Shown here piece by piece: positions 7,797-17,241 of a stretch of DNA of 41,499 nucleotides. The notes below the pieces were generated by a model. It was not told the DNA's origin. It made no database searches and saw only the letters and a list, made by a program, of their open reading frames with translations. Origin of the DNA: a virus. Taxonomy: Duplodnaviria > Caudoviricetes. Within the stretch, counting starts at the first letter, position 1. Each line of letters begins with the position of its first letter. The DNA is taken from positions 1-41,499 of the IMG/VR virus record IMGVR_UViG_3300037761_000056. One strand, given 5' to 3'. A program made the position numbers and the translations under genes.

Positions 7797-9838
7797 CTGC
7801 TCCCTTCATTACTGAAGAAATCGAGATCGAGCTCCCTGATGAGGAGCTCCGATCGGATGCTGCTGTAGGGGGGACTCCGCGAAGCGATGCTTACCCAAAG
7901 GGCGCTGTTATCTCGCTTAGCCAAGAAAGGCGGCAGGCACTCATTAACTGGATTGATGAGTGGCTCATCGCACTGCACAACGCGCACGACCCTAAGCTAG
8001 ATGAATGGGCGCAGGAGGAGATCGACTACGAGGCTGAGCCTGAGCCGCCCAAGACCAAGCCCTACGTTGGAGCCAGCAACATTGTTGTCCCGGTGATTGC
8101 CTCCGGCGTAGACCCAACATTTGCTAGGCTAGACATGGGTCTGTTTGGTAATGAGCTCTATCAGATCAAAGCTCTCCGTAAGGCATGGTTGGATATTACG
8201 GAGTCCCTCCAGACTTTTGTGAACTATTACTTCGCAGAGCGCATTCAGTTCCGCAAGGTTGCTGGTCCCGGCTTGCTTGATCTGATTAAGCACGGTACGG
8301 TAGTGTTTAAGACTGTGTATGATTCGGTGAAGTATGATGTCAAAACCTACGATCGGGACTGGAAGCCAATTAAGCGCCCTGTGACACGGTTTGAGGGTCC
8401 TAGGGTCTTTCACATCCCTCTCCAGAACCTGTTGTTCCCTCCCTACTACCAACATCTGCAGGACTGTCCGATTGTTGCGGAGATTATCTATACCACTCCT
8501 GAGGACCTACAGATTGCGCAGCGCTCCAACAAGGTCACCAACATTGATGATGTAATCAAGTACACCACTACGGATCGCACGGTGGTAGAGGATACACAGG
8601 CTGCCAACGCGAACCACGAGGAGTCTCGTTGGGTCCACAACGAGATCAAGCTCTACGAGCTGTGGTTTCGCTATGACATTGATGGAGATGGTATCCCGGA
8701 GTCGATGGTAGCCACATACCACGCAGACACCAGCACCCTTATCCAGCTCCGCTACAACTGGTACCACCACCAGGAGCACCCTTACACTCTGATCCCTTAC
8801 ACGCTGCGCTCTGGAACGCTTTATGGGATAGGTCAGTGCAAGATGATGAAGCCATTCCAAGATGGTGTGACGGACTGGCAGCAGATGGCGATGGATAATA
8901 ACTACCTTGCCAACGTGCGAGGATGGGCAGCCCGTAAGGACTCTGGAATCGAGGATAATCTGGAGTGGTATCCTGGTAAGGTCCTCCACATGGATGATCC
9001 TATGAAGGACATTCGTGAGCTTAAGCTCTCTGACACTTACCAATCCACGTTGGGTGAACGCCAAAACCTGTTGGGATTGGGGGAGAAGCGAAGTGGTATC
9101 AGTGATTATCTCACAGGTCGCGAGAGCCCTATTGTGGGTTCGCGAGCTACGGCTACTTCGACGGTCGCGCTTATTCAGGAAGGCAAAGCACGAGTGGAGT
9201 CAGTGCTTGAGAACGTGCGTGGGGGGTTCGCGGACATACTCCACAAGTGCATTAACATCTGGATTCAGTACGGGACAGGTGATCTCGAAGACATTGTGTT
9301 TGGGCTGGATTCTACCGCTGATGACATCAAGACGTTCTTCAGTAACGTTAACGAAGTCAATGTACGTGGAGCCATTGGGATCGTGCTTGGTGCGACCGAT
9401 CCTGCGAATAACCGTACGGTGCAGCAACAGTCTGCCCTTGCAATCATTCAGATAATGATGCAGTATTTGGAGAAGCTTCTGCAGGTGGGTCAGCAAGCGC
9501 TACAGGCACAGCAACAGATGCCTCAATACACTGAGATGGCTAAGGAAGTGATGGGAGCAGCGAGGAAGCTGTTTAAGGACCTCTTGGATACTTATGAGAT
9601 ACGAAACGCTGAGGAGCTCCTACCGGAGCTGGAGAACTTTCTGAATGGAGCTGAGCAAACTCTCACAGGAGGACAGGGAGGTCCTGAGCCTTCACCTGGT
9701 GGAGCTGGAGGAGCACAGGGGGTACCAGCTGGTGGTTTTGTACCTCCAACGCCTGCTGCAAACGGCGGAGCGCCGCCTCCTTTCCCAGGATTTCCCCGAG
9801 GTCTACCGCTCCCAGGGGGAGGCCCAGGCCTTGGCTAA
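7793..9838 (+). CDS. portal protein (P22-like podovirus type)
   Basis: 681 aa after terL; YDIDGDG, YGIG and SGISDY...TAT motifs; Q-rich and G/P-rich C-terminus. Confidence 0.85.
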   Translation: MTAPFITEEIEIELPDEELRSDAAVGGTPRSDAYPKGAVISLSQERRQALINWIDEWLIALHNAHDPKLDEWAQEEIDYEAEPEPPKTKPYVGASNIVVPVIASGVDPTFARLDMGLFGNELYQIKALRKAWLDITESLQTFVNYYFAERIQFRKVAGPGLLDLIKHGTVVFKTVYDSVKYDVKTYDRDWKPIKRPVTRFEGPRVFHIPLQNLLFPPYYQHLQDCPIVAEIIYTTPEDLQIAQRSNKVTNIDDVIKYTTTDRTVVEDTQAANANHEESRWVHNEIKLYELWFRYDIDGDGIPESMVATYHADTSTLIQLRYNWYHHQEHPYTLIPYTLRSGTLYGIGQCKMMKPFQDGVTDWQQMAMDNNYLANVRGWAARKDSGIEDNLEWYPGKVLHMDDPMKDIRELKLSDTYQSTLGERQNLLGLGEKRSGISDYLTGRESPIVGSRATATSTVALIQEGKARVESVLENVRGGFADILHKCINIWIQYGTGDLEDIVFGLDSTADDIKTFFSNVNEVNVRGAIGIVLGATDPANNRTVQQQSALAIIQIMMQYLEKLLQVGQQALQAQQQMPQYTEMAKEVMGAARKLFKDLLDTYEIRNAEELLPELENFLNGAEQTLTGGQGGPEPSPGGAGGAQGVPAGGFVPPTPAANGGAPPPFPGFPRGLPLPGGGPGLG

Positions 9839-9899
9839 AGCACTTAATGCGACTGAAGAGGTTCAGCGCTTGTTGAAACACTCTAATGGAGAGCTATAA
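9645..9899 (+). CDS. small helical post-portal protein overlapping the portal C-terminus
   Basis: GGAG RBS; GYQLVVLYL...EVYRSQG pattern typical of the gene after podovirus portals. Confidence 0.65.
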   Translation: MELSKLSQEDREVLSLHLVELEEHRGYQLVVLYLQRLLQTAERRLLSQDFPEVYRSQGEAQALAKALNATEEVQRLLKHSNGEL

Positions 9900-10746
9900 C
9901 GTGGCGAATGAAGAAGATGTGGTAGAGGAAGAGCAGCAAGAGCTGCCTTTTGGAACAGTCATTACGGAACTCCCGGATGATGACCAGCTGGAGGCGCTTG
10001 ATCTCTCCACAATGGACGTGGGGGATGGAAAGACTGTTGCTGATGTGATGCGAGAGGTGGCAGCTCTGCGGGATGGGCTGAAGATGAGTGAGCAAGCGCG
10101 GTTGACGATGGAGACTGCTATGAGGCAGCCCCATGCGGAGCCTGCTCCATCAGCTCCTGTGCAGCAGACTGCTGTGGTGCCGCCTTGGGGCCGCTTGTAC
10201 ACTGACGAGGACTTTGCGAAGATCGAGGAGGACCAAGGCGCAAGGGCTGCTGCCAAGGCCATGATAATTCAGAACAACTGGCTTGCAGATCAGCATTTTG
10301 AGAGGCGCATCGCAAGCCTCCAGCTTGGTGGGCAGTCTTCTGCAGAACAGCTGGCTCGTCAACAGTACCCGGATGAGTTCGAGCTCTTTGACAAGGAGAT
10401 CAAGAAGCTTGTCGAAGACATGCCTGATAAGCGCTACATGAATACGGTTGAGGGATGGGAACAGGCTATCAGCTATATTCGAGGGCAGAAGGGTAACATC
10501 GACAAGTATGTGGAGCATCGCCAGAAGAAGAACGGTAAGCCTGCGGCAACGGTGGTTGCAGAGGCGGTGGATGTAGGATTCTCCCCTGCACCGATGCGAA
10601 GCGCGCCTAGCGCCTCGGCGCCGGGAATGCAGATGGATGCTACCACGAGGGCCATTGCTGAGTCTTTTGTTCGTGCAGGAGTCTATAAGAACGTGGCTGA
10701 ATATGCTAAGGACTACGCCCAGATGAATAAGGGAGGTGGAAGGTGA
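9886..10746 (+). CDS. capsid scaffolding protein
   Basis: Acidic and helical, between portal and capsid, C-terminal EYAK motif. Confidence 0.7.
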   Translation: MESYNVANEEDVVEEEQQELPFGTVITELPDDDQLEALDLSTMDVGDGKTVADVMREVAALRDGLKMSEQARLTMETAMRQPHAEPAPSAPVQQTAVVPPWGRLYTDEDFAKIEEDQGARAAAKAMIIQNNWLADQHFERRIASLQLGGQSSAEQLARQQYPDEFELFDKEIKKLVEDMPDKRYMNTVEGWEQAISYIRGQKGNIDKYVEHRQKKNGKPAATVVAEAVDVGFSPAPMRSAPSASAPGMQMDATTRAIAESFVRAGVYKNVAEYAKDYAQMNKGGGR

Positions 10747-11345
10747 GTAACTATGACACGAGTGCTGAGGCCGCTACAAAACAGAAGCGGTTGGGGGAAA
10801 TCCTGGCGGAGCAATCCGCACCTGCGGTGGTGACGAAGCCAGCACCAGTACCTAAGGCTGAGATTGAGCAGGCTAAGGCCGAGGCCGAGGCCATGCCTTT
10901 GTGGGAACGAAAGGTAGCTCAGGATGAGATTGCAAAGAAGCTTGACCAGATTGAACGTACAACGGGTGGCAGTGGTGCTATTCCTCGGATGCCCAAGAAT
11001 ATGGCTCTGGATGCGCGAGACGTGCAGAAGCGTAATCCAGATTTGCATATCAGGTGGGTCAATGTCAACAACACCGATAAAGCCTCTACGCATGTGGCTA
11101 ACGGTTATGAGCGCCTTCCTGCCGCCCAAGGGGGACGGCAGCACGGTAATTTGGTGCTCATGTCTATTCCCCAGAAACTCCACTTGGAACGACGCAACGA
11201 GATCAGACGACGGCTTGAAGAGTGGCTTGCCGTTGATAAGCAGCAGTATGATGCTTTTCTGCATGGCGTGGCGCGGGCCATTAGGGACAAGTATGGGATC
11301 TCAATATCACCACAACAGTTAGGAGGAATAATCCGTGGCGACTGA
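10743..11345 (+). CDS. conserved head-morphogenesis hypothetical protein
   Basis: HIRWVN...GYE motif; sits between scaffold and capsid genes. Confidence 0.6.
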   Translation: MSNYDTSAEAATKQKRLGEILAEQSAPAVVTKPAPVPKAEIEQAKAEAEAMPLWERKVAQDEIAKKLDQIERTTGGSGAIPRMPKNMALDARDVQKRNPDLHIRWVNVNNTDKASTHVANGYERLPAAQGGRQHGNLVLMSIPQKLHLERRNEIRRRLEEWLAVDKQQYDAFLHGVARAIRDKYGISISPQQLGGIIRGD

Positions 11346-11826
11346 CTTTGCCGCATATGTAGCTCGCGGACGCCGCTTCGGTCATGTTGACGAGTTCACA
11401 CCTTCAGAGGTAGCTGGGGAGACTTTCATTCCTGGGGACTTTGTGGAGCTGGACGGAGCAAATGACTGGGTGGAACGCGCAGCAGCTGATCCCACAACGA
11501 TTGTGGGTATCAGTGAAGTGGACTCGGAGGGGAACCGTACGCTTACAAGCAACGAGAAGATTCCGATCTTTGTTTTGGACTCTCGTGTAACACTGGCGAT
11601 GTCCAGTGCGACACAGTACAGTGAGGCTACGCATCGTGGAAATACCTTTGGTATAACACGCAGCGCAGCTGGACACTGGAGAGTGGATGTAGCCAAGACC
11701 GGCGGTGACGCTCGTGTGTTGGTTGTTGAAGGCGATGCACGATTGCTCCCCAATGGAGAACAGCTCAACATCTGGTATGTTATTGTGTTGGCTGCTAACC
11801 TTGCATTCGATGGAGTGGCTTCCTAA
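11335..11826 (+). CDS. capsid decoration/cement protein
   Basis: AGGAGG RBS; GDFVEL...IVGI beta pattern immediately before the MCP. Confidence 0.6.
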   Translation: MATDFAAYVARGRRFGHVDEFTPSEVAGETFIPGDFVELDGANDWVERAAADPTTIVGISEVDSEGNRTLTSNEKIPIFVLDSRVTLAMSSATQYSEATHRGNTFGITRSAAGHWRVDVAKTGGDARVLVVEGDARLLPNGEQLNIWYVIVLAANLAFDGVAS

Positions 11827-12728
11827 TGGCTAGTTTTCGCGGTGCTAATGCGAAGTCGCTCATCCCCGGTTTCTCACGGGTGTTGTTTAATGCGTGGAAG
11901 GAGCGACCGCTTGAGGGTAAGTCCCTCGTGAACATGCGTACTTCGACGAGGGCGTTTGAGGAAGACTTCGAGTTTGCAGGCTTTGGGACGCTGCAGCTCA
12001 AGCCCGAAGGTGCGGAGGTGTTGTTTGAAGACCCGAAGCAGGGGGATACCAAACGGTATGTCTGGGATACTTTTGCAAAGGGTTACACGATCACGATGGA
12101 GCTCAAGGAGGACGAGCTCTACGCGATCTTTGGTTCCAAGCTTGCTTCGGCATTGGGCCGAAGTGCAAGGAACAATTATGAGATCATCTGCCATATGCCT
12201 TACAACAACGCTTTCAACACAGCGTTTACAGGGTTTACGGCTGGTGAGAGCCTCGTAGATGACCATGTGAGCCTCAAAACTGGCCTTTCCATCAGGAATG
12301 GCCCACTCACGCCTGCTGACATCGACATCACGTCGTTGCAAGCAGGGATCGAGCACTTCAAGACCCTTGTGGATCATGTGGGAATGCCCATAGTGTTGAT
12401 TCCCAAGCTCTTGATTCACAACCCTGGGGACTACTGGATTGCAAATCAGCTCATCAAGACTGATAAGCTTCCGGGCTCCAACTTCAACGATGTCAATATG
12501 TTGAAGCAACAGGGCTTGATGCCCCACGAGAGCCACTATCTGGTGGATGATGACTCGTGGTTCTTGCAGGCTGACTGGCACGACGTCAATATGTGGGAGC
12601 GGCGCAAGTTCACGTTCCGTGGCTCGGATGACTTTGAAACAGGTGACTCCAAGTTCCGTGGTATGGCCAGACGAGGTTCAGGATTTGGCTCGTGGCGCGG
12701 AATCTATGGATCAGCTGGGGAGAGCTGA
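11826..12728 (+). CDS. major capsid protein (HK97 fold)
   Basis: STRAFEE, KPEG, DDFETGD...R and WRGIYGS motifs; 300 aa. Confidence 0.85.
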   Translation: MASFRGANAKSLIPGFSRVLFNAWKERPLEGKSLVNMRTSTRAFEEDFEFAGFGTLQLKPEGAEVLFEDPKQGDTKRYVWDTFAKGYTITMELKEDELYAIFGSKLASALGRSARNNYEIICHMPYNNAFNTAFTGFTAGESLVDDHVSLKTGLSIRNGPLTPADIDITSLQAGIEHFKTLVDHVGMPIVLIPKLLIHNPGDYWIANQLIKTDKLPGSNFNDVNMLKQQGLMPHESHYLVDDDSWFLQADWHDVNMWERRKFTFRGSDDFETGDSKFRGMARRGSGFGSWRGIYGSAGES

Positions 12729-12730
12729 CG

Positions 12731-13366
12731 ATGGGACTCCCACAAGATTACTCAGGAATGGGCTCCGTAAACCTCCGTTCAGGAAACAAGCGGAGGCGCC
12801 TCGCGCATATTGTCAAGCAAACGTGGATTGATCCCTCCACGATTGATGTGGATAAGTTTGTAGACGATCAGCTTGGTCCAGACTCAGCCACTACGGCTGA
12901 TCTGGCCCTGACTGCTACGCTTACGAATGACTTTGCGCGTAACGCTGTGGTCACAGTAACGCATAGCTCGTCGATTGTGGCTATGGATATTGTTGTGCAT
13001 GGTCTGGATGTGCATGGTAATGTGATTAGCGAGGAGTTTGAAATCACTGCTACAGGCACAACGAAGACTGTTACAGGAGTGAAGGCTTTCAAGAGCATCA
13101 CACAGGTGGAAGCCACTGTTGCAGCGGACGCCAGCGCTAACACAGTGAACATTGGAGACGGCAAAGTGCTAGGCTTGGATGTGATCTGTGACTGTGCATC
13201 ACTCATTAAGGAGTTTGAGGACACCACGCTGCGGACCAATGGGGTTGTAGTGAATGGTGCGGCTACACCAGCTGATAGGTTGGGAACTTACACTCCCAAT
13301 TCTACACTCAATGGTGCGTTGGACTTTACTGTCTGGTATCTGTCCTCGCTGCCTGAACAGTCGTAG
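12731..13366 (+). CDS. virion structural protein
   Basis: Thr/Val-rich beta protein after the MCP, GVKAFKSIT motif. Confidence 0.65.
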   Translation: MGLPQDYSGMGSVNLRSGNKRRRLAHIVKQTWIDPSTIDVDKFVDDQLGPDSATTADLALTATLTNDFARNAVVTVTHSSSIVAMDIVVHGLDVHGNVISEEFEITATGTTKTVTGVKAFKSITQVEATVAADASANTVNIGDGKVLGLDVICDCASLIKEFEDTTLRTNGVVVNGAATPADRLGTYTPNSTLNGALDFTVWYLSSLPEQS

Positions 13367-13367
13367 G

Positions 13368-13383
13368 GTTGCACGAATGCAAC
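13368..13383. promoter_or_regulatory. 16-bp palindromic binding site, copy 3 (GTTGCACGAATGCAAC)
   Basis: Consensus match at a gene junction. Confidence 0.7.
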
Positions 13384-13706
13384 AGCGTTTAGTTCTCATT
13401 GACTGCATTGGCAACCATGTCACCCCCTGGTTGGTGGTGCAGCGTGGGGACTATGCGTTGAGCATTTCTGGCTTAGGTGCGGGAGAGTTGATCCGTATAG
13501 AAACAAGACCATCAGGTATCTTGGTGGCATTTCAGAGTGGACAGCTCTCCCTACCTGCCAGTGCAACAGCATTCAGAGTGGTTAAGTGTGAGTCTAATGG
13601 GGGTTCAACTTTTGTGAGTGTACTCAATGATAGAACAAAGACGAGTGGAGCTGGCCGAGAAGGCGGCTACGATGGATCGCGCACAGTTGCGGGAAGCAGT
13701 GGTTGA
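13377..13706 (+). CDS. hypothetical protein
   Basis: Start MQQRLV at 13377. Confidence 0.55.
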   Translation: MQQRLVLIDCIGNHVTPWLVVQRGDYALSISGLGAGELIRIETRPSGILVAFQSGQLSLPASATAFRVVKCESNGGSTFVSVLNDRTKTSGAGREGGYDGSRTVAGSSG

Positions 13707-13842
13707 GTTGGCAGATGAGGTAAAGCGACTCAACAAGGAGCTTGGGGCGAAGCTTACGTATGCAGAGATTGTAGCTGACATACGTAGGTCTGTACAATCA
13801 AGTGCAAAGACAGCTTTCGGTAGTCAGGGGAAGTTTGGATGA
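13627..13842 (+). CDS. small coiled-coil protein
   Basis: Heptad pattern; coupled to the next gene. Confidence 0.55.
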   Translation: MIEQRRVELAEKAATMDRAQLREAVVELADEVKRLNKELGAKLTYAEIVADIRRSVQSSAKTAFGSQGKFG

Positions 13843-14033
13843 AGCGCCTTCTTGTACCGTTGATGGTGATAGTGGTTGGGTGTGAGCCTCAAGTTGCTTG
13901 TATTGAACTACATGTAGTTGGAATGGCAGTAAGGGACTCAAGTGGGGTTGTGTTGGACTCTGTAGGTAATCCTATTATTGTTAAAGTAATGCCAACGTTG
14001 ATTAGCCCATCGTGCCCTCTTGGCAGTATATAG
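13839..14033 (+). CDS. putative lipoprotein
   Basis: MKR + hydrophobic stretch + VVGC lipobox-like motif. Confidence 0.5.
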   Translation: MKRLLVPLMVIVVGCEPQVACIELHVVGMAVRDSSGVVLDSVGNPIIVKVMPTLISPSCPLGSI

Positions 14034-14205
14034 ATTTGTCTGGAGCCATAATAAGTCAATCATCAAGATGAATGTGTGGTTCCAGGTTGGATGGGGAAAG
14101 CGTGGTGAGTGGCATACACTGGCGCGATTGTCTTCGATGACTATTCCTCAATTTGAGGGGTTCAAGAAAGAGTTTGACAAGTACGCATTTGTGGAGAAGA
14201 AATGA
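14020..14205 (+). CDS. hypothetical protein
   Basis: 61-aa ORF, ATGA overlap with the next gene. Confidence 0.45.
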   Translation: MAVYRFVWSHNKSIIKMNVWFQVGWGKRGEWHTLARLSSMTIPQFEGFKKEFDKYAFVEKK

Positions 14206-15023
14206 CGATTGCTTTTGTTGAGGAGGTAGGAACTCCAGTAGCAGAAGATGCCAGCGCTAGTACTATTGCTCTGGTTATTGGAGCAAATGGGGTGCCCTTA
14301 CATGGCCAGTTAATAATTCATGTTGCTTCCCGAATTTTTCCAACAACTGGGACATCACAAGATATAACTGGATTTGGTCCTGGTGTAGATAATGCATTTA
14401 GTTGGTGGTTCGCTAAATGTACTGATACTAAGGGTAATTTGTATGTTTTGAGAGGATGTAATGCATCTCCAGTAAATGATTCTACTACTGGTGTAGCCAT
14501 TGGACAGTTTCATTCTCATATCCGGACTCCACTGGTTTCTGGAGATGTTGTTACGGTCCATCTGCGGTATGCTCAGATTAAGAGGGTTATTGGTGGGGCT
14601 TACTATACTGTTGATAGTGGAAACACTTTGGTTCCTCTGGCAACAACACTCTCGGGTGGTGCGGTAAGCGCTACCGTTGGGAGTGTTAGTGCATCAATCG
14701 AGACTGCAATTCCGAAGTTAATGCAGGAAACAATCGGAATCAATGGAGTAATTGCAGATACATGGACGATTGATACGTTACCTGCTATGATTGAGACTAT
14801 AACCCGAACAGCAACGGCAGGTGGTGCAGACAACACAAATACGATGATTGTGGCTCCACACTTTATGTATAGTACTGAAGGTACAACTACGTCAAGTCAC
14901 ACAATAACTAGTCGTAACCGTTCAGCCCTGGATGTGATATACGTAGAAGGTGTAGATGATCCTCCGGCTGCAACTACAACAGATGGTGCTCGGCTCGTTG
15001 GTGGTAGTCAACTCATTCAATAG
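14202..15023 (+). CDS. beta-rich tail/appendage protein
   Basis: MTIAFVEEVG start, Thr/Ser/Gly-rich, AT-richer codons. Confidence 0.55.
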   Translation: MTIAFVEEVGTPVAEDASASTIALVIGANGVPLHGQLIIHVASRIFPTTGTSQDITGFGPGVDNAFSWWFAKCTDTKGNLYVLRGCNASPVNDSTTGVAIGQFHSHIRTPLVSGDVVTVHLRYAQIKRVIGGAYYTVDSGNTLVPLATTLSGGAVSATVGSVSASIETAIPKLMQETIGINGVIADTWTIDTLPAMIETITRTATAGGADNTNTMIVAPHFMYSTEGTTTSSHTITSRNRSALDVIYVEGVDDPPAATTTDGARLVGGSQLIQ

Positions 15024-15028
15024 GAGAT

Positions 15029-15856
15029 GTGATGCTTAACTTGGGCGACTACGCACCAGGAGATGTGGTTCGAGGGTTTTTTAACTCAGCGGACTTGGGG
15101 GGTGCGCCCATTACGTTGGCTGGTGGGGTACTCAGTGCTTACAAGGACATTGATGATACGGAGACCGTTACGGGTGTGACACTAGAGCTGGATGTAGATG
15201 GGCGCACAGGATTTCATCGCTTTGCTGTAGACACTGCTGATGCATTCTATGCAGCGGGATCAAAGATTGCGGTGGTGATTACGACGGGAACAGTAGATAG
15301 TGTGAGTGTTGTGGGGAGAGTGGTTGGATACTTTACACTTGGTGCGGTGAGCGCGTTGCGTCCCACGGTTCCGACAAGAACGTTGGATGTGAGCGCAACG
15401 GGTGAAGCCGGACTGGACTGGGCTAACATTGGAGCACCCACGACGGTACAGGGGCTCAGTGGCACAACCATCAAAGATGTGACAGATGTGCTCGCGCAGA
15501 TTGCCGTTGCGCTTGGGCGCCTTCCCGCTTCACTGGTGGGTGGTCGGATGGATGCAAGCATGGGTGCTGTTGCTGGGGTGGCGGATGTGGCGATAGCGCT
15601 GTCTAAGTCTGCGGCAGGAATTATTAGGGGCTCTGCTGTAAGTGGAACATTGACAACCACACAGATGACCTCCTCACTTACTCCTGCTCCCACGTCAGTG
15701 ACTGTTCTGGCAGGCCGAAGAATTTTGTTTATCTCGGGGGCATTGTTTGGGCAGCAAGCGCTCATCTCTGCGTATGATCCTGGTGCTACGCATCTGCTTA
15801 CGTTCAGTCAGGTGGTTTCTGCTCCGGTTGCGGGGGTGGAGTTTGTGATCGTATGA
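15029..15856 (+). CDS. tail fibre-associated structural protein
   Basis: AGGAG RBS; Gly/Thr/Val-rich; GRTLDVSATGEAGLDW-type segment. Confidence 0.55.
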   Translation: MMLNLGDYAPGDVVRGFFNSADLGGAPITLAGGVLSAYKDIDDTETVTGVTLELDVDGRTGFHRFAVDTADAFYAAGSKIAVVITTGTVDSVSVVGRVVGYFTLGAVSALRPTVPTRTLDVSATGEAGLDWANIGAPTTVQGLSGTTIKDVTDVLAQIAVALGRLPASLVGGRMDASMGAVAGVADVAIALSKSAAGIIRGSAVSGTLTTTQMTSSLTPAPTSVTVLAGRRILFISGALFGQQALISAYDPGATHLLTFSQVVSAPVAGVEFVIV

Positions 15857-16647
15857 GTACTTTCCTTGGCTTGATGGCTCTGCCAGACTCTGGAGGTCAA
15901 TTTGTAGACCCCGGAGTGGTAGATTCAGGTGACATTGAGTCTCTAATCACCGAGTTGTGTGCTCCACTTGGGGTTAATGAGACGGAGATGACCCTTCTGA
16001 CCCTCCGCACGCTGCTGCGGAGGCTCGTGGGGAACCCCTCGACGGCAAATGTGCCACAGAGTGAGCTCACTCTTGTCATAAACATCGCTTTCAAGGACAT
16101 TGTAGCCAAATATCGTTTCCACAGAGCTCGCACAATCTGCTTTGTGGACACAGAAGTGGGTCAAGATCGCTATTTCATCCCAAGGGACGTAGGGATACTC
16201 AAGAAGGTGTGGAACCAAACCCTTGGGTGTGAGATCAGGAAGGCAGGAATCAAGGGAATCATCAATTCTGAGCCTACAGGGGAGCCCACACACTACCATC
16301 GTATCGGCAGGGTGCTTCATTTGCGCCCAGTCCCGGATGAGGTGTGGCGTATCAACATGTACTACCACCGGATGGTCGCGGACCTTGTGGAGGACACTGA
16401 TGTTCCAGTGATTCCTTCGGTCTGGCACATTGGATTGCTTATCTATGCTGTGTATTGGTACTGGACTTTTCGTCAGGATTATGCGAGGGCGCAGATCGCC
16501 CTGAATAATTGGAAGGTTTGGGTCTCCGACAAGCCCACGGAGGTGGATGAGGAGTTGATCGACTCTGACATTCATACAGAGCTCCCCACTCGCCCACGTC
16601 GCCGGTGGCATCGTGCAAGCATATTCACCAACTTTGACCAGGATTAG
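15853..16647 (+). CDS. head-tail adaptor (tail tubular A/gp4-like)
   Basis: GEPTHY...LRPVPD...Y and DVPVIP..WH..L motifs; alternative start near 15988. Confidence 0.7.
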   Translation: MSTFLGLMALPDSGGQFVDPGVVDSGDIESLITELCAPLGVNETEMTLLTLRTLLRRLVGNPSTANVPQSELTLVINIAFKDIVAKYRFHRARTICFVDTEVGQDRYFIPRDVGILKKVWNQTLGCEIRKAGIKGIINSEPTGEPTHYHRIGRVLHLRPVPDEVWRINMYYHRMVADLVEDTDVPVIPSVWHIGLLIYAVYWYWTFRQDYARAQIALNNWKVWVSDKPTEVDEELIDSDIHTELPTRPRRRWHRASIFTNFDQD

Positions 16648-16650
16648 ACT

Positions 16651-17241
16651 ATGGCTCGGACTAGGGTGTGGAGTGACAGCGAGCCAGTGGGTGGGAGGCC
16701 TGCGCATGAGGCTGATGATGCGATACGGGAGCTCCGATTAGAGGTTAAGGAATGCATCAACCAGTTGATTGGTCAAGCCAATCTGGCGACGATTCCAGTT
16801 GATCCACTCCCTAATTTTGGTTCTACCGTTGGTCAAGCTGTTGTAGGCTTGTGGGGGATTGATGATCTTACAATGAGTCCAGGATCAGTTATTCTTCGTC
16901 GGGGTAATATTAGCACCACAGTAGGTACTCGCGTTGTTGATTGCTGGCAGGCGCATAGAAGTGGTTCTGTTGTGTCCATGCACTGGCATTGGGGAAATGG
17001 GATAGGCACTGAACATGACCTTTATGATGTAAGAATAACAAAGAATGTATCAGGCACAACTGAGCTTGGAATTCTTATAACAGGTGCTGATGGTGATCCT
17101 ATCACTGGGAAGAGAATCACACCTCTTGGAACTCCCCTTGCATTTGTTGCAGGAGATACGATTAGTGCGTCTATGTTGATTTCAAGCAGTACTCTAAATG
17201 TACGAAGCTTTCGGCTGGAGCTTCTGGTAGAGTACTCTTGA
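16651..17241 (+). CDS. tail fibre/needle-like protein
   Basis: N-terminal DDAIRELR attachment-like motif, beta-rich C-terminus. Confidence 0.5.
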   Translation: MARTRVWSDSEPVGGRPAHEADDAIRELRLEVKECINQLIGQANLATIPVDPLPNFGSTVGQAVVGLWGIDDLTMSPGSVILRRGNISTTVGTRVVDCWQAHRSGSVVSMHWHWGNGIGTEHDLYDVRITKNVSGTTELGILITGADGDPITGKRITPLGTPLAFVAGDTISASMLISSSTLNVRSFRLELLVEYS

